A stretch of 64,000 nt of DNA. Source: Vicugna vicugna (lineage: Eukaryota). The notes under the pieces were generated by a model. That model was not told where the DNA came from. It searched no databases and saw only the letters and a list, made by a program, of their open reading frames with translations. Of this stretch, positions 11,051 to 22,600 are shown piece by piece; the first letter of the stretch is position 1; the number at the start of each line of letters is the position of its first letter. The translations under genes and the position numbers were made by a program. The DNA lies in contig MU061989.1 in the NCBI GenBank assembly GCA_013265495.1, positions 2,050,384 through 2,114,383 of the forward strand, read 5' to 3'.

Positions 11051-14000
11051 CACCTGAAGGAGGGGTGGAGGGGTAGGTGTAATGTAAGGGGGTAATGGGG
11101 GGAGTGTGTATGGGGGAGTGTGGCTTCAGTTTTACCTGCATCACAAGGTCTAGGTTGGGGAAAATTCTCAGAAAAAAATCAAGGTGCAGTGGCCACAAGA
11201 GGGAAGGGAAGAATGGGCTTGTATTGGAGATGATTAAAGGTGGGAAAACCATAGAGGAGGCTGTAAAGTTCAGGAAAAAGATGAGGGAATCAGAAAAGGC
11301 TCCCTTTGAGCTCCTCCCCTGAAGATGTGGGGGGACCTAAGTGCCTCCTTGTGGCTGGGAGATGCACCCCACCCACTGCAGCATTCTGGTCGCACCGGGA
11401 AGATTGCAGACCTAGTCTCAGGCAAATCCAGGTAGCCTTGGAGAGCAGGGCTGGGCAAAGACATTAGGCCCTATGCCAGCCTGAGACCTCCAGGCACGGG
11501 GGGTTGTGGACCCACAGCCTCCGACTGCTGGGCTCATATTTTAAGTTCGTTTGGAGAGGCCAGTATTTTACAGGACTCCACTGAGCCTTGATGCCAAAGG
11601 CAATGATATTTAGCCTGCTGGAGCGGGCATGAATGCCACTCTGAACTCCTCTGGAGGCCCCAGGAGGAAAGGCAGAGTCGGTTCTTCTGGGAATCTTTTT
11701 CTGCGGTGACCAAGGCTTGTCTGAAAGCCTTGTGCAGACCACGTCGCACTCGGCTCACATGGTGGGGTGTCTGTCTGTGACACTGGGCTCCTCAAACAGT
11801 CAGATGTTCTCTCCTGGCCCAGTGTGTCATCGCTTTTCCTCTCTGCTGCCCCAAGCAGCTCCAGCCTTGTACCCACTAAGGGACAACAAACTCCTCCTTT
11901 GATGCCTTAGCATCAGCCTGCAGTAGGCTGTTCTGTGGCTTAAGAAAGCCTGTGTCTGGTGGAACCAACTCCCCAGAGGCAAGGGAACTGGTCCTTATCC
12001 TTTAGATCTCAGTGCAGAAGCCACGGTCCCAGGGACCCCTCTGCCAGCCCCGACCCCTGGGCTTTGGCCTTTCCCCTCACTCTCCCACCTGCACCCCTCT
12101 GGTCTGTGGTAAGATATTTGAAGGGATCTTTTATTCAAGTGATTTTCCCCACCTTGACTGTAAGGTCTATGGGGTCATGTCTGGGTCTGTTTTTGCATTT
12201 CCTCGTATCATTGAAGCCTGGAACAGTGTCTGGCACATAGTAGGTGTGCAGTAAATCATTGTTCAGCAGACAACAACTGCAGTGGGCATCCTCCTGTTTG
12301 TTGGGCGTGAACAATGATGAGAACAGGAGAGACTCACAGGAGAAGGATGGCCACGGATGGTGGGCACTGGGGCAGCTTGATTTAAGGAGACTCAGATCCT
12401 GGCAGCACAACCATAGAAGGAGACAGAGCCCTGGACATTATGCTGTCCTGTGCCCCACTCTCCAGGGGATTAAATCAGTGTTCTGTGGTTTGCTCCAGGT
12501 CACCCAGGCAGGGCTGGAGCTTGGACTCGGATGCTGGATTCTCAACTCCAGGCCTGGTGCTTCCTCTCAGAGGAGCATGTAGGTGGGTGATTGAAAAAGA
12601 GGGGAGAACCCTGGCTGCCCAGCTGGCGTGGCACTGGCTGCATCTGTGAGTCAAACCCGGTTGCACATAAGAAGCTGTATCAGGGAGACAGCATATACTC
12701 AGGAGCCATCGGCCCTGGTGGGAATTCCATCACTAACATTCACAAGCTGTGTGACATCACGCCAGTTACTTCATGTCTCTGGGCTTCAATTTTCTTAGCA
12801 GTGAAATGGGACAAAAACACTCCCTTCTGAGGAATGCTGTGAGAATTCCCGAGGATACATGGATGGAGTCTGGGACGCAGCAGGCATTTCAAAACAGCTG
12901 GCTCTCATTGATAATATCTCCTGGCCTCCGAGGGAGGGAGAGAGACACAGGGGCTCAGGGAACCTTTGTAGATGACAGGGGTCCTCTTCTCTGGGCTCCC
13001 TTTTTACCCTCTGCCCCTCCTTGGCCCGCCGAAGGCCTGTACATCCTTGCAGAGCTCAGGCTAACTGCTGTGCCCAAGCTAATGAAAGCATCTCATTAAC
13101 GCTTGGCAAAAGCTCATTAAGACCGCGAGCTGTGCAACAGCAGCAGAGGAAGGTCAAGGTTCTTTTCATGGGAGTTAGTGCCTCTGGGACCCTGTGGCAC
13201 CAATATTCACAAACAAGGTGAAGAGGGATTTCTTTGCCAGCAAGCAGGCAGCCAAGGGTGTGTCCAAAGTTCCTGGGAGCTCCACATCCTTTCCCCAGCC
13301 CTGGCCCAGCTCCTGCCCCTGGGAGGGAGAGCAGTGCTGGCCCGGAGCTGGACAGGGCAGTCACCACGCTGAGGGACCAGGACAGGTCAGTTTTGATGAG
13401 GAGATAAAGATCTGAAGTTGAGAATACCATCCACAGAGGTGAGTCCGGCAGGGAAGTGGAGAGGGGCAGGGACCCGAGCCAGGAAAAGCAGCCCAGCCGC
13501 TTGCTGAGTTCTGTTGCCTTCCCCTCTCTGGGCTCTGAGGGTTCACCTGTAAGATGGGAACCCAGCTCAAAGGAGAGCTATGAGGGTCACGAGAGAGTTG
13601 TACTGACCTAGGGGAGCCCCGGTCACCAGGTGGGGGAGGTGACAGTGACACCGGGGTCTGGCCTCCTCCACCCTTGACCTGCCTGCCCACCAGCCCCACA
13701 CTTTGAAAAGGGAGAGGCCAATGGGAAGGAAGAGGAGCTGTTTCTTAAAAGCCAGGAAATGGGTGAAGAGAGGGTTTCTTCTCAAATGGGCATTATTTGG
13801 GCTGTATGCAAATGATATGCAAATGATACTGCCTCCATGTTAAAACTGGAAGGTCTCAGGACAAGGACTTGGAGATGACAGTTCTTCTGAGCACCTACTG
13901 GGATGTCTTGTCAACTTGGCAGCTCCCTCCCCTATCCCACCCCCTCCCACCTGGCCTTCTGTAATCTTGCCCATTTCTCCCAAACTGGGGTGGGGGGGTG

Positions 14001-14139
14001 CATCCCTGGAAGAGGTGCAACCTTGCAGTAGTGGTCCCTCCCCACCTACAAGGGCTGCCAGAGCCTGGGTTGACATGCCTGAATCCCTATCAGCCTTTCA
14101 GGGCTGTGTGGTCCAGAGCACGACACTGCCCCTGAGACA

Positions 14140-14158
14140 CAGCGCCCTCTGCTGGGCC
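14140..14158 (-). promoter_or_regulatory. CTCF motif
   Basis: Minus strand GGCCCAGCAGAGGGCGCTG matches CCASYAGRKGGCRSY. Confidence 0.65.
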
Positions 14159-14497
14159 TCTGAGGGCTCAGACTTCATACAAGGCTGACAGGGAAACATT
14201 TAAGGGTGAAGCATTGAACAAATGCAAGGGTTTCCGTCCCAGGTTCTCTAAGATCAGGCTCTTGATTGAACATCCCTGTAACGTTATCAGTCTTTGTTAC
14301 AATTCCCCGAGAGGCTGCTCACCTGAGCAGGTGAGCACAAACCCCAGGACAGCCTGGCTGGGGTCGAACTGGCTCCACCACCACTGGCTGCGTGACCCAG
14401 GCAAGTCCATTTCTCGGAGCCTTGCGATCCCATGTGTAAAATGGGCCTGAGCACCCCCTCCCTAAGGTTAACCAATGAGCTGATGAGTGCTGAGCCC

Positions 14498-14914
14498 TGT
14501 TATGGGTTGAAACGTGTCCCTCAAAAGATATGTTGAAGCTAACCTGGTACCTGTACATGGGAGCTTATCTGGAAATAGAGTCTTTGCAGGTGACCAAGTT
14601 AAGATGAGGTCATTAGGATCCAACATGACAGGGGAGGCAATGGGACCCTCACAGAAAAGATGGGCACCTGAAGACAGAGGCAAAGACTGGGGTGATGCAT
14701 CCACGAGCCAAAGAACGCCAAGGATTGCCAGCAACCAGCAGAGCCAGGAGAGAGGTACGGGACAGAGTCCCCCTGAGCATCTCCAGAAGGACCCACCCTG
14801 CCAACACCCTGCTGTGGACTTCTAGCCTCCAGCACTGCGACAGAATAAATTCCTGCTCTGATGAGCCACTCAATTTGCAGCACTTTGCTAGGACAGCACA
14901 AGCCGACTAAGACA
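14498..14914 (+). mobile_element. MaLR solo LTR (MLT1B/C-like)
   Basis: TG...CA ends; tgttatgggttgaa...ggacttctagcctccag...aataaattcctg...gactaagaca. Confidence 0.85.
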
Positions 14915-15524
14915 AATCCTCTTCTATGTGTCAACTCGTGCCATTAATTGCTTGTTTGATGTCTGTCTTCACCATAGACAGTGGGTCCAAAGATCTGATG
15001 TTCCCTCAGCAAATGCTGAGCACCTGCTGGGTGCCAGGCACCCACGGGGCGGGGACACGTGTTGCACGTCTGTCACCCATGCCCCGCCCCCTCGTTTATG
15101 TTTACAGATGACCAGGTGAGACGACCTGGAGACCACCCTTGAGGATGTCTTTTCTAGCCTATAAGGCTCAGTCTGTGTCCAGCTTCTTAAAGCCCAGGGG
15201 GCAATGTCTGTCCCAAGGAGGAAGGTCAGTGCCCAGCACAGTACCAGGCACCCTGAAGGTGCTAATGAATGTCCTAGTGGGGAGCCTGGTGAGCCCCACT
15301 CCCAAAGTGTGCACACACCCTCACCCTGGACCCACAGAGCACTCTGTGACCCTGCTCCCTGGAGGGTCTAGTGCTTCCTGCCCCACCTCCATCCCCCTCC
15401 AGGGCCAGGATCCGGCCTGGGCAGCACACGCGAGCACTTAGTTATTTCAATTTTAAGAACACGATGGAGCCAGCGATGCTTAAAATGCTTGTGTTAATGG
15501 CAGCGGTCTGCAGTTTCATTTCAC

Positions 15525-15530
15525 TTTAAT
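15525..15530 (-). terminator. Probable DISP3 polyadenylation signal (ATTAAA), implying a 3' UTR of about 0.75 kb
   Basis: + strand TTTAAT about 740 nt past the stop; U/GU-rich GTGTTCTT downstream on the minus strand; no AATAAA noticed closer to the stop. Confidence 0.7.
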
Positions 15531-15929
15531 AAGAACCATCTGCTGTGAGCAGGCGGCAGGCACAGCCAGCTCCCCATCCCAGGGGCTGTCCCCCTCCCCC
15601 AGATTCCACGCCCAGAGTTGGGTGAAGGAGGTAGGGGCTCAGACCTGTGAGGAAGGCTGTGCTGGGGCCCCAGGGCCTCAGGAGAGGAGGAGCCCCTTGA
15701 GGCTGGGGCCGGGGGTAGGACATGCAGAACCCCAGGCTGGTCCCTCTGTACTTCCTGGCCAGGACCAAGAAGCCTGAGGAGGACCCCAGGACCACCCAGC
15801 ACAGCCGCTGTAAAGCTCATGGGGGTGGGAGGGGGCGGAGGTGTGAGGCCTGGTCCTCGAACCCACTGTGCTCTTCCTGCAAAGTCCCCGAGGGAGGCAG
15901 CTCTGACTGTGCCACTGACACAGCTACAC

Positions 15930-16025
15930 ATCAGTCACTTTGCCTCTTGCTGCCTCAGTTTTCACATCTTTAGAATGGGGGCCCCGTAACACCCACATCA
16001 GAGAGTTGCTGTGAGCACTGAGGCA
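15930..16025 (+). mobile_element. MIR within DISP3 3' UTR (antisense to the mRNA)
   Basis: cagtcactttgcctcttgctgcctcagttttcacatctttagaatgggg. Confidence 0.65.
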
Positions 16026-16271
16026 GCTTGAGGAGGGGGAACCCCTGCAAAAATCACCTGACGAGGCACAGGAGGAAGGCTGGTCTCTTTCACTGCCAGG
16101 GAGAGCCCAGGGCGGCTGCCAGCAGCCTGGCAGGGTTGGGTGAATCACACAGCTGGGAACATAACTGGTTGTAGCTGAGTTGGGAACAAAGTGCCTCTGG
16201 GACCAGAGAATGAACATCTTGTCCCCCACCCGCTGGACCAAAGGTGTGCCAGTCCGGACATAGTGCCAGGG

Positions 16272-16634
16272 CTATAGGGAGGTCCCACTGGGAAGGGGGA
16301 TCTTATAGCCGCTCCGGAGAAGCAGGAGGCAGGCACCCAGCCCCAGGACCCCTGCCAGGAGCACGGCACCCAGGGCTTTGAGGAAGGAAGTCCTGGTCCG
16401 GGTGAAGGAGCCGGGTGCCATGATGCCCAGCAGCGCCGTGCTGACCGTGAGCGTGTAGAGGATGGAGACGCCCGTGTTGAGTGCAACGATCTTGCCGAAC
16501 TTGGCAAACGGGGCGATGATGCAGAAGAAGAGGGGCACCGTGGCGATGACCGTGGTGAGGGCACTGGAGACAATGGCCACACCCACATGCCGCACGGCCT
16601 CCAGCGTCCGCCACTGGCGCTGCGAGTGGGCATC
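16272..16634 (-). CDS. DISP3: DISP3 exon 21, coding part to TAG
   Basis: CCCAG|GAT; [18 protein letters not shown]...GTSL*; 363 nt. Confidence 0.97.
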   Translation of the reverse strand, partial: DAHSQRQWRTLEAVRHVGVAIVSSALTTVIATVPLFFCIIAPFAKFGKIVALNTGVSILYTLTVSTALLGIMAPGSFTRTRTSFLKALGAVLLAGVLGLGACLLLLRSGYKIPLPSGTSL

Positions 16635-19600
16635 CTGGGTGTGGGTGAGACAGAGCTGCGGCCCCAAACACCAGAGGGGATCCCACCCTGCCTGGGACTT
16701 GGGATGAGGGCGTGGACCTGGGTAAACACACACGCTGTGCAAGGCCAGCCTTGCCCCCGCAGGCCCGATTCCACCTCCGTGGGTGAGGGTGACCGCACCT
16801 GCTCCATGAGGCTGGAGTGAAGACGAGACGGCCCCCCTGCAGCAGCACCCAGCGCACAGCACGCAGTGGGCGAGCGTTCAGTGTTGCTATGACCAGAACA
16901 CTGATGATCTGCATAGCAGGTCCTCAAAAATGGGGGCCCTGATTGGAGCTGACTTCCTTCTTTTGACCAAAAGCAGCTAAATGTACAATCAACTGCATTT
17001 ACATATTTATGAATACTTCACGCCAATTCCAAACCAGGAAAAGAACGACTCTATGAGACCCAGAGCTGGGTTTGGCCCTGAGTACACAGGTAAGTCCTCA
17101 CTAAGCCATGAGGGCCAGTGATGGGGCTGGTGACCTCACAGTCACAACCAGAAGGGCTCAGATCTGTCCCCCCGGCTAGAGAACAAGACGGACTCAGGGA
17201 ACCTAGAAGCAGGCAGGGCCCTTGGACGTCGCCTGGTCCGACCCCTCGTGCAGGCTTAGGGAGACAGGCTGGGGGGAGTGGACCCGCCCAGGGCCCACAG
17301 CGATGCTGGTGGAGCTGCCTCCGAACTTGAGCTTGAGTCCCCTAGGCGTGGAGAGGCCCTGGAAACAGGCTCCTAGAACACAGCCTGGTTGGGCATTGGG
17401 CTTGGGGGTGTGCGGCTACCCTTGAGGGTCCTCAGCAGCGCTGGCGGGTGGGAGAAGGTTCGTTGGGGAGGGGAGGGGCAGGCAGGCTGCTCACCTCGGC
17501 CTGGTGTGGGGGCAGGTTCTCTCCAGCCAACAGATAGCCCTCGACCAGATGGACGCAGTAATCCACAGAGGAGCCGACGAGGATTGACAGGGAGATGGCT
17601 TCCACGGCGCCCATCTCCCAGCCGCTCCAGTACATGATGGTCACCACCAGGCAGACGATGCCTGCAGAGGGCAGTGAACGGCGGGGGGCAGCTTGGACCA
17701 GCCCCACCCATCCAGTCCTGGAGGGCTGGTGGGCGAGTTCAGAGGACCCTTGGAGAACGCGCTGAAGTCTACAGCGGAGCATCCCGAGCTCTGGTGACCA
17801 GTGGGAAGAGGAGGCACAGGGCCAGAGAGAGCTGGGGGGGGGCCTGAAAGAGGGGTCAGATGCTGCAACACATCGCTGGGCCAAGAGCTACCACCTGGCG
17901 ACATCTGGCTCCCCTTGGGGAGCACACAGTCCTATGAATGACTGTCACAGAGGCTCTTTTTGCCTGGGTTGGGAGTGGGGTGGGAGTGGGGTGTTCGGGA
18001 AGACTGAAGGGATGGGACACTTAAGTGTGGAGAGAAAGCGGCTGACCTGAGGCCACCAGGCAGACCCTGCCCACCCCTGGGCCCCGGCCCACATACCCAG
18101 GATGCTCAGGAGCACGGGCAGCAGGAGCAGCACGTGGGTGGGGAACACGACCACCGCAGCCACACAGATGAGCAAGGAGAGGGCCAGACCGTACAGGGCG
18201 CTCTGCACCCCTGGAAGGTGACAGGAGAGGGCCCTCAGCTGGGCTGCACCACGGGGCACCCCTCACCCCCTCCTCCCCATGGCTCACAGGTACTGGGGCT
18301 ACACAGATGGGCGCTGTCACAGCTAGCTGTGTTACCCTGGGTAAGCCACTTGACCTCTCTGAGCCCCCATTTGTTCATCTGTATAATGGGGGTAATTGTA
18401 GCACTTACTCCATAGCCTTGTCTGGAGTTTAAAGAGAGAACACAGGTCAGGCCTCAGCAAGGGCCTGGCCTCCAGAAGGGCTCCCAAGGACAAAGAGATG
18501 TCATAATGGTCATTACCATGACTTTTTAGGTGGCGAAATTCAGGATCAGAGAAGGGGGCCTGATGACCCTGCGTAGGTGGGGCCCCCAACTCTGGCTTCT
18601 GATTGGTGCTCCTGGCCACTGTCATCCCGCTTTCTCCAGGGCCCTTGGCCAGACTTGAGAAGACAAGTATGGCTGAGACAGGCCAGGCCCTCGCTGCCCA
18701 GGTCACCTCCCCATGCCCTCTGCTGCCACCGTCCGCCCTGCCGAGACCCGGGGGTAGGGGCGCTGGGCTGCCGCTCGCCTATGATCTCCATGAAGATCTG
18801 CTTCCAATGCTCGCAGGTCTGGAAGCCGTGGCGCAGGGCCGAGCCCTCGGGAAACGTCTGCAGCTGCTGCGTCAGGAAGCTCTCCCAGCGCAGGTAGTCC
18901 GAGTAGGTCTGGAAGGAGGACTTGCCCTTGTACGTGGTCTGTGGGGACATGAGCCAGTGAGATGGGTGGACGGCTGGGGTGGGGGTGGGGCAAGGAGGGG
19001 CCTATCACCCTGCCCTGGTGACGGCTAGTCTGCTCTGTGACAGCAGCAGCCGGCCCTCCACCACCTGCAAATGGAGTGTACTGTGTGGGTGGGGGTGGAG
19101 GGGGACCCCATCCAAGACCCACCTCCACCAGCCTCTGGGTGCACGCGTGACTTTCACAGCGGCAGCAGATCCTGGTACAACCAAAGTCCCTGTCCCTTCC
19201 CAACTGAACCAGCTTCAGCTCCCAGAGCCCCCAGCTGCCCTCTGCCCATGCCGCTCCCTCTGCCTGCACTGCCGGTTCCCGCTCCTCCTTCACGGCTCAT
19301 TAGGGTTCCGTCTCCTCCAAGAAGCCGTCCTGGATGCCCCAAGACAGGCATCCTCTGGGCTCTGCGAGCCCTTGGTGCTTCTGCATCAGAGTTCTCATTG
19401 CTGCCTGGCAAACTGCCCGTCTCCTGGGCTGGACTGCGAGTCCAGGAGGGAAGGTGGCCTGTCTGGTTCATGGAGCCCTGCTCTGAAACTGTCATAGATG
19501 TGACCTCATTGGTCCAATTCTGCTCTGCCTGAGCACAAGCTAGTTGAGGGTGAGTCTGCGCACGTGTGGGTCTGCGTGTTGGTGGGGTCAGCTGGGAGGT

Positions 19601-22600
19601 GATGTTCTGTTGTGCGGAGGAGCCTGAGTGTGGGTTCTCTCCTCTCTCAGACTGCCTGTGGCTTCGGCCTTAAAAAGGAAGGAAATTTGGACATGGGCAC
19701 CAACATAGATGAACCTGAAGGCCCTTATGCTAAGTGAAATGAACCAGTCACAAAAAGACCCATGCTGTGTGTGAGGGACCGAGAACAGTCAAATCCATGG
19801 GGACAGAAAGGAGCGTGGTGGCCGGAGGAGATGAATGGGGAGTCAGTGTTGAATGGGGACAGTGTCAGTTCTGCAAGATGAAAAGCTTTTGAGATGGGCG
19901 TTGGTGACAGTTGCACAGCAGTGTCAAGATGCTTAATGTTACTGAACTATGCGCTTAAAATGGTTAAGATTGTCAGTTTTTAAATGTATATTTTAACACA
20001 ATTTTTTTAAACTGCCTGGGCTTTGAACTGGTGTCTGCATTAGCCTGGGGCTCACTGTGGGCTTCAGGGGGGTCTGGGTCCTCCCCGTCGTGGCTGGCGG
20101 TTTGGTTGCTCGGGCCTTGAGTGGCACAGGTGGCGGGAAGAAAAGCAGGGCCAGGACCAGAGAACAAGAATTGCCCACTTGTCACTTTGTCACCTTGTTC
20201 TCATCCCCGAAGGCCTTCATGGGAGCGATCTCACCACAGCTTCTTGATGACTGCCAGAGGGCACACAGGGATCCGTAACCCTATTCTTTAGAGGCGGAAC
20301 TAGCGGCTGGAGGGGACGAGTGGCTTGCTCGAGGACACAGAGCACAGGGAGATCAGAGCACGGACTGGAGCCCGGGGCTCAGCGCAGAGGCAGCAGGGGC
20401 AGACTCAGCAAGCCTCAGCGTGAAGCGCCAGGGCCGCGAGGCCCAGGTTGGGGATGCGGGTGTGCGCACGCGTGTGTGTGCACGGATGCCTCCTTGGGCA
20501 GAGCCCAGGGAGTGTCAGGGGTAAGAGAGGAGGCAGTGAGGTGTGGGATGGCCCGTCCCCTGGCTTCTAATCTCTCCTGGGGAGGCCCAGCACAGCGGGT
20601 TCTGTGGCCCAGAACCTGGCCCCTCACAGGGACAGAGGGGAGCATCCTGGACTGTCACCTGCCCCTGCAAAACCATGTGGACCCTGGGCTGTTAGGGAGG
20701 GAGGGTGCTGGCAGCTGGCGGGCATCTTACGTGACAGAAAGGACGAGCTCAGTGGTCAGCACTTGAAGCTGACGCTCACTAACCCTGTGACCTTGGGCAA
20801 ACAACCTCACCCCTGTCGGCCTCAGTATCCCCTCAGAAGAGCAACCCTGCTGATCTGCTCTGGGTTGAGGGGGCCGGTGGTGACAGCGCACTCTGTGAGG
20901 TCAGCACGCTGCCCTGCGCCTGGTGGCCCACCCGGGGCTCACCGACTCGAAGGCCATGGAGATCCACTGCACGCGGCCGTCCTTGACACCCACGGCCCCG
21001 TGCGACAGCTGCCCTGGGAGCAGGTGGGGCTCGGGCAGCTCCTTGCACTCAGGGTGCAACATCTGCAGGAAGGAGGAGATGCTGTAGCCTGTGGGAGAAG
21101 GGCAAGAGGTGGTCGGGGTGGGGACCTGGGAAGGGAGCACCCCTTCCCCTCGATCCCGCCTGCACACGTGCACTCACCCGTCTGGGTGTGAGTGTGCAAG
21201 GGGTACACGCTCCTCCACCAACCTCCTAGTTTTAAAAGTGCCTAGAACCACTGGCAACGTCATCGAGAAACCTACACCACCATCTGCCATTGGGGTGGAA
21301 AATGACACCTTGCGCCCTCTCAGGAAGGGCCTGGAGTGACCCAGGTTATTGCTGGAAGGCCAGCCCCTCCTCACGCCCGGTTTTGGGAAAGCTCCTCCTG
21401 CGGGGGCTCCCCTGAACAACGCACACCTCCCCATGCATGGGCGGCTCTGCGCCAGTTCACCTTCCGGCCCGAGTCTGCTCTCATCTGGAAGATTCGCACA
21501 CCCCTCACCCCAGTGTGGACACGTTCAAGCAAAGACATGTGTCTGCAGACACCCCAACGCCTGGCACGTGTATCCTCAGGGCTGTCCAGCCTTGACCCGC
21601 CACTCACCTGAGGGCAGGCACTGCGCCCCGCCCGGCTTCACCAGCTCCGAGTTCCCTGCGATGGCTTTGCAGAGGCGACATAGATGCCCGATTTCTTTGA
21701 AGAGGTCAAAGCTGCTGTCATAGATGACGCTGCCCTTTCCCAAGGAGACACATGCCAGTGCAGCTGCTCAGTGAGTCAGGAACTCAGCCCCGGGTCCCAC
21801 CTCTGGGGAGGAGCCTCCCGCAGCTCCCACTGCCAGCCCTCGGAACCCTCTGCCTGGTCGCCCAGGGTCCTGCCCCCAGCAGCACCTCTGCTCTCTCACT
21901 GCCCCCTCTGCGTGGGCCCCTCAGTCTCCCCTCCACCCCCCCTCCTTGCTTTTACTCACAAAGTGCTCACCTGGGCTGCCTGCTTTCCCCTCTCCTTCTG
22001 CACAGTCAAATCCTACCTGTCCTTGAGCATCTGTCTTCTCTTCCCGCCACCTCCCCAACCCTCCCCTGAACACCTGCAGACTCATGGTCAGGATTGAGTT
22101 GATCTCCTCTGACCCGACCTGGCTCCTGAATTACTTAGTCTCTGAAACCCTGTATGCTCAACCGGGCTGACTTCCCAAGGCAGGGGTTACAACCAACTGT
22201 ACCTACAGCCGAGGTCTTTCCCCCACGCCTCAGTACCCATCATGTGCCAGGCAGAGACCCACTCACAGCTCCATCAGCTCCTCTCCCCTTCACTGCCCAA
22301 GGGCCCAGCACTGGACACAAACATGCACAAGGGGAGAGACCAAGCAGACGGCACCACGGCCGAGGCGTGCAGCAAGGGCCGTGGGCACAGGGAGGGCCTC
22401 CTGCAGGAGGAGGAGGAGGGAGGGAAGGCTTTATGCACCTGCATTCTCACTTCCATTCCAGCCCTAATGATGCGGGGCTGATGGTCAGGCCCCACTGCCC
22501 CCAGATTCCTGGGTGATTTTAAAAGCCCAATCAGGCTTAGCCTTCAAGAGAAATGGTACCCCAGGGGCCCACGGGGGACCTGAATGGGCCAGGTGAGCAG

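Noticed and set aside
20463-20474. NRF1-like TGCGCACGCGTG
   Set aside because: Lies in a TG/CG dinucleotide run where such matches arise by chance.
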